The position numbers and the translations under genes were made by a program. From Crocosphaera subtropica ATCC 51142 (lineage in GTDB: Bacteria > Cyanobacteriota > Cyanobacteriia > Cyanobacteriales > Microcystaceae), in NCBI RefSeq assembly GCF_000017845.1, contig NC_010546.1, forward strand, positions 2,310,001-2,342,000: a DNA stretch of 32,000 nt, given 5' to 3'. Positions 25,267 to 32,000 of this stretch are shown here, one piece after another; the first letter of the stretch is position 1, and each line of letters opens with the position of its first letter. The notes below the pieces were generated by a model, which saw only the letters and a program-made list of their open reading frames with translations, had not been told where the DNA came from and ran no database searches.

Positions 25267-28053
25267 AAAAGTAGAAAAAGCCTTTTTTCTTAATTCTTCT
25301 ACTCCTAATAAAATAATAGGACAAATTAATAACATTAACCATTGCCAGGGCAATAAGGGGGCAGTGCTAAAAATCTTTTGCAAAGGAGAAATATAAATAA
25401 TTGAGAAAATTAGTAGCCATTCGATAGCAATTCCTACCCAAATTAAACGATTAGTGAAAAACCCTAACTTGAAGATAGAAACCCGTTCCGAACGACAGGC
25501 AAACACATTCCCATCTTGACAAGCAACGATCGCAGCTAAAGTAACAGTGGTTGCTTGGGCATATAAAGCGATCGTAGCAGCATCAGCCGAATGGGAGAGA
25601 AGGGTAGGGCTAATGGCTTGTAACTCCCTCAGTTCGTAACCATGACTCCACCAAACCACAAAAAACCCCGTCATACCGATAATCGCCTCCATTAACCCCA
25701 AAAATCCGTAAGCCCGACCCAATAACCCTGCATTTAACAAAGATTGCTTCGGAGAACGGGGAGGATGTTCCATGATCCCCGTTTCTGGTAACTCTGCCCC
25801 CAACGCCAAAGCAGGAATCATATCAGTCCCTAAATCAATAGCCAAAATTTGTAAAACAACCAAAGCCGGAGGAATTTTTAGGGCAACCATGGCAAAAAAA
25901 GGCACAATTTCCGCCATATTAGAAGAAAGAATATAAGTCATAAACTTGCGAATATTTTGATAAACCGCCCGCCCTTGTTCCACTGCGCTGACAATGGTGG
26001 CAAAATTATCATCCAATAAGACAATATCGGCCGCTTCTCTGGCCACATCTGTGCCATTTAACCCCATAGCAATACCAATATTAGCAGCCCGTAAGGCCGG
26101 GGCATCATTAACCCCATCTCCTGTTACCGCCACCACATGACCCAAATCTTTATACGCTTGAACTAGACGCAATTTTTGTTCAGGCATCATCCGTGCAAAG
26201 ATCAGTCCGTTTCTGTAGTGTAAAATTTGTCGTAACTGAGCATCAGAAAGGTGTCCGAGTGCTTCTCCTGTGACAATTTTCACCTTACCTGTAATTAGTC
26301 CGATGCGACGGGCGATGGCTTCTGCAGTTAACCCATAATCCCCCGTTACCATCGTTACTTGAATACCTGCCCCATGACAAGCTGCGATCGCCTCTGAGAC
26401 TTCGGGGCGAGGGGGATCAAACATAGCCACTAAGCCCAAAAAAATCAGATTTTGCTCTAATTCCTGGGCATCCTCCGTTAATAAGTCTTCTCCTCCTTTT
26501 CGGGCAGCCACCCCTAACACCCGATACCCTTGACGGGCTAGATCATCATTAGCGGTGCAAATTTCGCTTTTTTGCCCCTCATTCATGGGCAATAACTGGC
26601 CATCTTTTAATAGGTGAGGGCAACGGTTAATCACTTCTAACGGAGAACCTTTACTAAAACTTAGATAAGGAAACTCATTGGGCCAAAGTTCCGATAACTG
26701 CCAGTCCAATACCACCGTCATTAACCGTCGTCGGGAGTCAAAAGGAATTTCTCGCAGTCGTTGGGCCTGTTGGTGTAACTCCTCTAAGTTTAAGCCTCCT
26801 TTCAGGGCTGCCACTAATAAGGCCGCTTCGGTAGGATCACCAATTTCTTGCCAATAACTGGGGCCAGCCGGGTGAATTAATCTAGCATTGGAACAGAAAG
26901 CAGCCCCGGCCAACAATAGGTTAACCTGCCACTTAGCGGTCAAGTGTGAGGGAATTTTTACCTCTCCTGTGGGTTCGTAACCCACGCCTGTTACTTCTAG
27001 GGACTGGCCTGAAGTCCATACTGCGCGAACGGTCATTTCATTTTTAGTGAGGGTTCCAGTCTTATCGGTGCAGATAACGGTGGTTGCGCTTAAACTTTCT
27101 ACCGCAGATAAACGACGCACTAGGGCCTGGCGATGGGCCATGCGTTGCACTCCCATGGCTAAAGAGAGGGTAACAGTGGGTAACAGTCCTTCAGGGACAA
27201 AGGCAACGATGATGCCAATGGCGAAAATAAAGCTTTCTTTGGTTTCCATCCCCACTAACCAATGAGTCAGCAGGAATACCAGGGTTCCCATACTGATGGC
27301 TAAAGCGGTGATCATGCGAACAATGCGAGTAATTTGCACTTCTAGGGTGCTGGTTTCCCGTTTCACTTGGGTGGTGAGGTGGGCAACATGACCAAATTCT
27401 GTACGGGAGGCGGTGGCATAAACGACGGCCATACCGCGACCAGAGGCAACGGTTGATCCGGTTAACACCAAGTTAGGTACATCGGCCGGCCGTAACTTTT
27501 CTGAGAGGATGGGTTCGCTATGTCTGGTAATGGGTAAGGATTCTCCGGTTAACACCGAAACATCAACATAAAGGCTTTCTACCGACACTAAACGGGCATC
27601 GGCCGAAATGCGATCGCCTTCTTCGAGTTGCATTACGTCCCCTGGTACTAATTCCCTAGCGTTGATGGTGTGTAGGGTTCCGTTGCGATAAACTTTGACT
27701 TGGGAGGGTAAGACCTTTTTTAAGGCGGTTAACGCTCGTTCTGCTTGGTATTCCTGAACAAAGCTAAAGATGGCATTGATCCAAATCACCGCCCAAATAG
27801 CCCAACCTAACTGGGGGGTATGGGAAATAAAGGCTAAAATGCCGGCCACCCACAGCAATAAAGCCATAAAATGGATTAATTGGTCAATAAAACGGAGGAT
27901 AAGAGAACGTTGAGGGGGTTCGGGTAGTTCGTTAAAGCCTTGCTCTTTTAAGCGACTCATGGCCTCTGTTTCTGAGAGTCCTTGAGCAGAAGTTTTTAGG
28001 GTTTCGTAAACTTCTTGAGGGGTTAATGACCAAATAGGACGATGGATGGCCAT
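25243..28053 (-). CDS. Cation-transporting P-type ATPase (P2-type)
   Basis: 936 aa. It has a Cation_ATPase_N-like start, TGES, VPEGLLPTVTLSLA (TM4), ICTDKTGTLT, MVTGD and VTGDGVNDAPAL. Confidence 0.9.
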   Translation of the reverse strand: MAIHRPIWSLTPQEVYETLKTSAQGLSETEAMSRLKEQGFNELPEPPQRSLILRFIDQLIHFMALLLWVAGILAFISHTPQLGWAIWAVIWINAIFSFVQEYQAERALTALKKVLPSQVKVYRNGTLHTINARELVPGDVMQLEEGDRISADARLVSVESLYVDVSVLTGESLPITRHSEPILSEKLRPADVPNLVLTGSTVASGRGMAVVYATASRTEFGHVAHLTTQVKRETSTLEVQITRIVRMITALAISMGTLVFLLTHWLVGMETKESFIFAIGIIVAFVPEGLLPTVTLSLAMGVQRMAHRQALVRRLSAVESLSATTVICTDKTGTLTKNEMTVRAVWTSGQSLEVTGVGYEPTGEVKIPSHLTAKWQVNLLLAGAAFCSNARLIHPAGPSYWQEIGDPTEAALLVAALKGGLNLEELHQQAQRLREIPFDSRRRLMTVVLDWQLSELWPNEFPYLSFSKGSPLEVINRCPHLLKDGQLLPMNEGQKSEICTANDDLARQGYRVLGVAARKGGEDLLTEDAQELEQNLIFLGLVAMFDPPRPEVSEAIAACHGAGIQVTMVTGDYGLTAEAIARRIGLITGKVKIVTGEALGHLSDAQLRQILHYRNGLIFARMMPEQKLRLVQAYKDLGHVVAVTGDGVNDAPALRAANIGIAMGLNGTDVAREAADIVLLDDNFATIVSAVEQGRAVYQNIRKFMTYILSSNMAEIVPFFAMVALKIPPALVVLQILAIDLGTDMIPALALGAELPETGIMEHPPRSPKQSLLNAGLLGRAYGFLGLMEAIIGMTGFFVVWWSHGYELRELQAISPTLLSHSADAATIALYAQATTVTLAAIVACQDGNVFACRSERVSIFKLGFFTNRLIWVGIAIEWLLIFSIIYISPLQKIFSTAPLLPWQWLMLLICPIILLGVEELRKKAFSTFLMSKKSS

Positions 28054-28089
28054 GGCTGATTATGAGGCTACAGAGACGGTAACTGACCA

Positions 28090-28098
28090 ATTATACCA
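28090..28098 (-). promoter_or_regulatory. Extended -10 element TGGTATAAT upstream of the P-type ATPase gene
   Basis: The reverse complement of 28090-28098 reads TGGTATAAT. It ends about 36 nt upstream of the ATG at 28053. Confidence 0.3.
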
Positions 28099-28366
28099 AT
28101 TCTCAAAAGTTACTAGAGACTTAATTAATATTCTTTTTGCTTTACCTCCTCTGCTTACCTCAACTAATAATCTCTATTGTTAATAAAGAGAATAGCTAAT
28201 GTTATCGAAGATGCAAGTATGAGAATAACGCATCTTAAAATTGCATTTTATACATCTGAAAAGGAATTGAGTATTACTTGATACAAATACTGCATTATTA
28301 GTATGCAATTTATGAATAAGTTAACTCAAGTTTAAGAATTTTTCGGTGTGAGGTTTGAATCCAATA

Positions 28367-30091
28367 ATGAACCAACTGACTCTATGGTTATCTATTCCCT
28401 GTACCCTGTTTCTAAGTGGACTGTATCTCATAAAAATCCCAGGAACAGCAGAAGCAACCCCTATCCTAGAAAATGCTCAGCAGGTATCACAAGTACCGAT
28501 TATTCTACCCCAAAGACCAACTCAAAGCTCGTTTATCAAACCTCGTCCCCGTCACAAAACTTTCAATAGTTCATCCCACTCTATGGAACAAGTGACTAGC
28601 GTTTCAGAATTACAAGATATTAGCCCAACAGATTGGGCCTATGAAGCATTACGCAGCTTAGTGGAACGCTACGGATGTATAGTTGGCTATCCAGACCGAA
28701 CCTTTCGGGGAGAACGTAGCTTAACCCGTTGGGAGTTTGCGGCTGGGTTAAACGCTTGTTTAAACACCATTGAAAGACTATTACAAGAAAACGTTGCTGT
28801 TCTTAGAGAAGACATTGAAAAATTAAAGAGATTGTCTCAAGAATTTGAACAAGAATTAATAGCTTTAGGGGCAAGAATCGAAAATTTAGAAACAAGAACC
28901 GCCTATTTAGAAGATCATCAATTTTCTACCACCACTAAGTTGAAAGGAGACATTGTTTTTAACTTAGCTGAAGCTTTCGGAGAAGATATTAACAATGGGG
29001 GAAGAACAAGAGATTTAGATGCACAAACGGTTTTTACCAGTAAAATTCGTCTGCAATTAGTAACCAGTTTTTCAGGAAAAGATCAACTCATTACCCGTTT
29101 AACCTCTGGCAGTATTGGCAATTCTTTCCAGGATGAAATTGGAGACTTTGAAGGACGGTTTGCTTTTGATTTACCTGCGGATAATAATGATGTTATTATT
29201 GACCGCTTACATTATTATTTTCCCATCGGAAATAACCTGAAAATCTTTGCTATGGCAAGCCTTGCCGGTCATCACTTCTATGCCGATACCTTTAACCCTG
29301 GCCTAGAAGCCGGTGGCGGTGGCGGTGGGGCTTTATCTCGTTTTGGGGAAAGAAATCCTATTTATCGTCTTGGTTTGGGGGGTCGTGGGTTAGCCTTCAC
29401 TTATCGATTTAATGATACCTTTAAAATAGCTGGCGGTTACATGGCCCGTAATGGTAATGATCCCAACTTAGGCCGGGGTTTATTTAATGGGAATTATTCA
29501 GCCTTTGGACAATTAGAAATTCAACCCATAGATAACCTAAAATTTGGTTTAACCTATCTTAATGGGTACGATCCCAATATTAGACCCAATGCTAGAACTG
29601 ATCAACCTAATCAGTTATTTCTCTTTGGGGGAACCGGAACCTTACCGGGTAACTTTCAACTGGGAAATTTAGGGGTTCCTAACCGTCCAATTTTAAGTAA
29701 TTCTTATGGTATTCAAGGACAATGGGATGTTATGCCAAAATTAAGTATTCGTGCTTGGGGAGGCTATACCACAGGCCGACTGATTGGCTTAGGAACCGCT
29801 GAAGTGTGGAATTATGCCTTAGTCTTAGCAATGCCGGACTTAGGAAAAGAAGGGGGTATGGGTGCAATTATTGTTGGGGCCGAACCCTATATGGGAGGAT
29901 TACAAATTCCCAACCGTCCTATTAATTTTGAAAATGATACCCCTTTTCATATCGAAGTATCGTACAAATACCCCCTTACAGAGCATATTTCTATTACTCC
30001 TGGGGTGATTGTTTTAACTTCTCCTAACCAAGATTCTGAGAATAATGATACGGTGGTAATTGGTGCTTTTAGAACCAATTTTCAGTTCTAA
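28367..30091 (+). CDS. Outer-membrane porin with an N-terminal SLH domain, a coiled coil and an OprB-like beta-barrel
   Basis: It has a signal peptide ...GTAEA and the SLH motif ISPTDWAYEALRSLVERYGCIVGYPDRTFRGERSLTRWEFAAGL. A heptad-rich linker and then an aromatic-rich barrel ending ...FRTNFQF follow. I prefer the ATG at 28367 to the TTG at 28355. Confidence 0.85.
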   Translation: MNQLTLWLSIPCTLFLSGLYLIKIPGTAEATPILENAQQVSQVPIILPQRPTQSSFIKPRPRHKTFNSSSHSMEQVTSVSELQDISPTDWAYEALRSLVERYGCIVGYPDRTFRGERSLTRWEFAAGLNACLNTIERLLQENVAVLREDIEKLKRLSQEFEQELIALGARIENLETRTAYLEDHQFSTTTKLKGDIVFNLAEAFGEDINNGGRTRDLDAQTVFTSKIRLQLVTSFSGKDQLITRLTSGSIGNSFQDEIGDFEGRFAFDLPADNNDVIIDRLHYYFPIGNNLKIFAMASLAGHHFYADTFNPGLEAGGGGGGALSRFGERNPIYRLGLGGRGLAFTYRFNDTFKIAGGYMARNGNDPNLGRGLFNGNYSAFGQLEIQPIDNLKFGLTYLNGYDPNIRPNARTDQPNQLFLFGGTGTLPGNFQLGNLGVPNRPILSNSYGIQGQWDVMPKLSIRAWGGYTTGRLIGLGTAEVWNYALVLAMPDLGKEGGMGAIIVGAEPYMGGLQIPNRPINFENDTPFHIEVSYKYPLTEHISITPGVIVLTSPNQDSENNDTVVIGAFRTNFQF

Positions 30092-30110
30092 TTTTCGTTA
30101 GATGTAATAA

Positions 30111-30133
30111 TCCCTGTTAGCTTAAAACAGGGA
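30111..30133. terminator. Hairpin between the convergent porin and TPR genes
   Basis: tccctgt (30111-30117) pairs with acaggga (30127-30133) around a 9-nt loop, followed by cttt. Confidence 0.4.
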
Positions 30134-30191
30134 CTTTAATAGATAGCGTTTCTCAGACTCATGAGGCTTCGCCTGAATGACTATAGATAAT

Positions 30192-31043
30192 TTATGAATC
30201 TAATAACTCCATTAAGCGATCATCTTGCCAATAGGTATTAAAAATATCATTATTTCTAGCCAGATCAAGAATGGTATTCGGGGCAATATCAAAGGCTTCT
30301 AATAAGCAGTTTAGAGCCTCATCCTGGTTATTCAAGGCTGCATGACAATGACCTTGATAATACCAAGCATATTCATCATTGGGTTCAGCCTCTAGGGCTT
30401 TTTGATAACAATTAATGGCCTCCTCAAAACGGTTTAATTGTTGTAAAGTTTTTCCTTTTTGATACCATGACCAATAATCATGAGGTTTAACTAATAACGC
30501 TTGTTCGTAGTTCGTTAACGCTTCTTCTAACTGCCCTTGATGGCGTAAACAGTCTCCTCTACGATACCATGACCAATAATCATTGGGTCTGATGGTTAAT
30601 GCTTGATCATAAGCGGCGATCGCTTCGGAGTATTTTTCCCAGAGACGATAGGCTTCTGCAATACGATATTGCGCCCAATAATCGTCTGGATAGATTAATA
30701 AAGCATTTTTGAAGCAGTTAATGGCGTTTTCGTACTCTTTTAACTCTTCGAGATGGATACAGCCTTTATCATACCAAGACCAATAATTGTTTGGTTCGAT
30801 TTTAGCTGCATTTTCATAGCTGACGACAGCTTCTTCGTAGCGTCCTAACTCTTCTAATGTCATACCCTTTTTATACCAAGCCCAATAGTCATTTGGATAA
30901 TATTCTAAGGCTTTTTCGTAACACATTAACGCTTCTGGGTAAAGTTGATCTTCTCGGAGTCTATTTCCCTGTTGATACCAACTTTGATAACTATCGGGAC
31001 GGCATTCTAAAGGGCGGTAAATGGTCGCTTTAATCTGTATCAT
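30192..31043 (-). CDS. TPR-repeat protein (about 7 tandem 34-aa units)
   Basis: 283 aa. The unit P(N/D)DYW(A/S)WY..G......L..(Y/F)EEA...Y..AL.. recurs. Confidence 0.85.
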   Translation of the reverse strand: MIQIKATIYRPLECRPDSYQSWYQQGNRLREDQLYPEALMCYEKALEYYPNDYWAWYKKGMTLEELGRYEEAVVSYENAAKIEPNNYWSWYDKGCIHLEELKEYENAINCFKNALLIYPDDYWAQYRIAEAYRLWEKYSEAIAAYDQALTIRPNDYWSWYRRGDCLRHQGQLEEALTNYEQALLVKPHDYWSWYQKGKTLQQLNRFEEAINCYQKALEAEPNDEYAWYYQGHCHAALNNQDEALNCLLEAFDIAPNTILDLARNNDIFNTYWQDDRLMELLDS

Positions 31044-31142
31044 AGCGATGAAAGGAGATGATATTTATACTATATAACAATTTATTAAGTATCTATGTAA
31101 AATTTGCATTCTGGGATTCAAAAATAACACAATAGTTGGTAA

Positions 31143-31184
31143 CTTATTAGTCATCAATTATTAGTTATGACTTATCAGTCATCA
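31143..31184 (+). repeat. Three tandem degenerate 14-bp units (CTTATTAGTCATCA / ATTATTAGTTATGA / CTTATCAGTCATCA)
   Basis: Read directly from the sequence. Units 1 and 3 differ at one base. Confidence 0.6.
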
Positions 31185-31250
31185 GCTAAAATCTATTAAA
31201 ATGACAGCTAAATATAGCAAAAATGTCCTAATTGATTTTTGTACGACTAT

Positions 31251-31278
31251 AACTCCGAACCCTGAACCCCTAACCTTC
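31251..31278 (+). repeat. STRR-like tandem heptamers (AACTCCG AACCCTG AACCCCT AACCTTC)
   Basis: Four contiguous 7-nt units. The array has the same family and the same first unit as the one at 6130-6157. Confidence 0.6.
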
Positions 31279-31312
31279 TGCTAAACAGCAGTCAAGTATC
31301 CGAACTCACATT

Positions 31313-32000
31313 ATGTTACCGTCAGATTTATTAATGTATCGTTATAGTGGGGATACCATTATACCTAAACGTTTACCTTTAAATGATAGCACAATTAATT
31401 TAGCTGCTGAACAAATTGATTGTTTTTTAAACTGTGTTGATCAGACGCAAAAACAGTTAAATGAAAAATTATCAGAATTAGAAGGCGATAACCCTAATTA
31501 TCGGGTAAAACGAGGATTAGCCCATTTGTTAAAAAATCATTTTTCTACCTTTGAAATTGTTAGCCCTCTAGAACCTAAAGAATTAAGACAAAAAGTTTTT
31601 AGTTGTGCTGCAGAATCTTTACCGATTCCTCAAAATCGACCGAATTTATTACAAAAAGTAGCCAGTTTACTAACAGAAGAATTACAAAGAGAAGTCTTAC
31701 CCAGTGAAATTGAACGGGGTTTATATGCAGATTTGCAAGAAAATAGAATATTAACCAGTTTTGACCCACCCGAACCAGAAACTTTAATTCATCGTTATAA
31801 TTTATCTCAAATTCAAGGGGTATTTTATCGTTCTAATTATATTGTAATTAATGCTCATCGAAATGATCCAGGAGAATATAAACTCTTATTTCGTTATTTA
31901 AAATTGTTTCAATTGATGGCATATATTGAAGGCGATGCAGACACCGGTTTTACCATTACTATTGATGGGCCAACCAGTTTATTTAAAGCCAGTACCCGTT
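31313..32000 (+). CDS. DUF790 (Bax1-like nuclease) family protein, N-terminal ~229 codons; continues beyond the window
   Basis: The frame is open from the ATG at 31313 to the window end, so it is absent from the ORF track for lack of a stop. MLPSDLLMYRYSGDTIIPKRL...YRVKRGLAHLL...LYADL.ENRIL..F....PE.LI.RYNLSQIQGV...LFRYLKLF.LM...DGPTSLF matches my recollection of DUF790. Confidence 0.7.
   Translation, partial: MLPSDLLMYRYSGDTIIPKRLPLNDSTINLAAEQIDCFLNCVDQTQKQLNEKLSELEGDNPNYRVKRGLAHLLKNHFSTFEIVSPLEPKELRQKVFSCAAESLPIPQNRPNLLQKVASLLTEELQREVLPSEIERGLYADLQENRILTSFDPPEPETLIHRYNLSQIQGVFYRSNYIVINAHRNDPGEYKLLFRYLKLFQLMAYIEGDADTGFTITIDGPTSLFKASTR

Noticed and set aside
1388-27265. Short ORFs from the track that lie inside or antisense to longer, clearly homologous genes: 1388-1570, 1913-2143, 2406-2645, 5040-5255, 6475-6690, 6873-7106, 7116-7364, 9404-9589, 13282-13557, 14026-14289, 14642-14863, 17001-17189, 17733-17927, 18543-18725, 22329-22535 and 27047-27265.
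   Set aside because: Each is fully embedded in a longer ORF with strong family motifs on the other strand or frame. They have low-complexity or odd composition and no SD or recognisable motifs, so they are treated as shadow ORFs.
28271-28284. GTATTACTTGATAC, a perfect NtcA-type GTA-N8-TAC palindrome upstream of the porin gene.
   Set aside because: Six fixed bases are expected several times by chance in 32 kb. The nearest TAN3T -10 candidates lie 14 nt or 32 nt downstream rather than the ~22 nt of NtcA-activated promoters.
28291-28307. TGCAT-N7-ATGCA palindrome and neighbouring TGCA(T/A)TT repeats in the ATPase/porin intergenic region, considered as a Fur-type or other operator.
   Set aside because: The arms are only 5 bp long in very AT-rich DNA, and I cannot match them to a known operator consensus. 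I note it only as a place to look if TSS data exist.
28352-28362. GGTTTGAATCC, which resembles a tRNA T-arm (GGTTCGAATCC).
   Set aside because: The 70 nt upstream cannot be folded into acceptor, D or anticodon arms. The motif overlaps the SD and start region of the porin gene.
28348-28569. A 73-aa ORF overlapping the start of the porin gene in another frame.
   Set aside because: It overlaps the porin signal-peptide and N-terminal region. The porin frame continues for 578 codons with SLH and OprB features, and the alternative frame shows nothing recognisable.
30144-30153. TAGCGTTTCT, identical to the first 10 nt of the IS630 right inverted repeat. It is followed by a partial ATGAG match, suggesting a solo IR or MITE remnant.
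   Set aside because: Only 10 contiguous matching bases are present, which I roughly estimate has a few-percent chance of occurring in a window of this size. I could find no second inverted repeat and no clear TA-flanked unit.
1-32000. A search for CRISPR arrays, tRNA, rRNA, tmRNA, SRP RNA and riboswitch-like leaders. This included a yybP-ykoY-type leader upstream of the P-type ATPase.
   Set aside because: I saw no regularly spaced 25-40 bp direct repeats and no cloverleaf-compatible segments in the intergenic regions. The ATPase leader appears to be only about 30 nt if the TGGTATAAT promoter is real. This was a visual inspection only, so covariance-model scans (tRNAscan-SE, Infernal/Rfam) would be decisive.

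Overview
The window reads as a cyanobacterial chromosome segment. By eye I find at least 18 copies of the HIP1 octamer GCGATCGC, carbon-concentrating-mechanism genes (chpX, ccaA), an SLH/OprB porin, DUF3110 and STRR-like heptamer arrays. An AT-rich unicellular Cyanothece/Crocosphaera-like host is my guess and cannot be verified here. About 30 protein-coding genes are supportable, and most are housekeeping: polA 3' end, murQ, an M50 protease, aapJ/aapQ-like amino-acid ABC transporter parts, an AI-2E transporter, a DUF39 homocysteine-synthesis-like gene, a UvrD-family helicase, asnS, a P-type ATPase and TPR proteins. I found no rRNA, tRNA or CRISPR array. Three patches look accessory. (1) 2.65-6.26 kb holds a translationally coupled DUF6883-DUF4926 pair whose second gene is clipped by an IS630-family element, a 442-aa repeat-plus-membrane-anchor protein of unknown function, a long hairpin element and a stump of an Uma2-like gene. 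(2) 10.4-11.3 kb holds an AT-rich orphan gene sitting between aapJ and aapQ. (3) 21.0-23.1 kb holds a low-GC two-gene restriction-modification-like cassette with an atypical NFPW methyltransferase motif. At the right edge a DUF790/Bax1-like nuclease gene starts and runs out of the window. I do not see a convincing large novel multi-gene system. The best leads for uncharacterised biology are the DUF6883/DUF4926(+tail)/membrane-protein patch, the R-M-like cassette and the truncated DUF790 locus. All family names come from my recall of sequence motifs, because no database search was possible.
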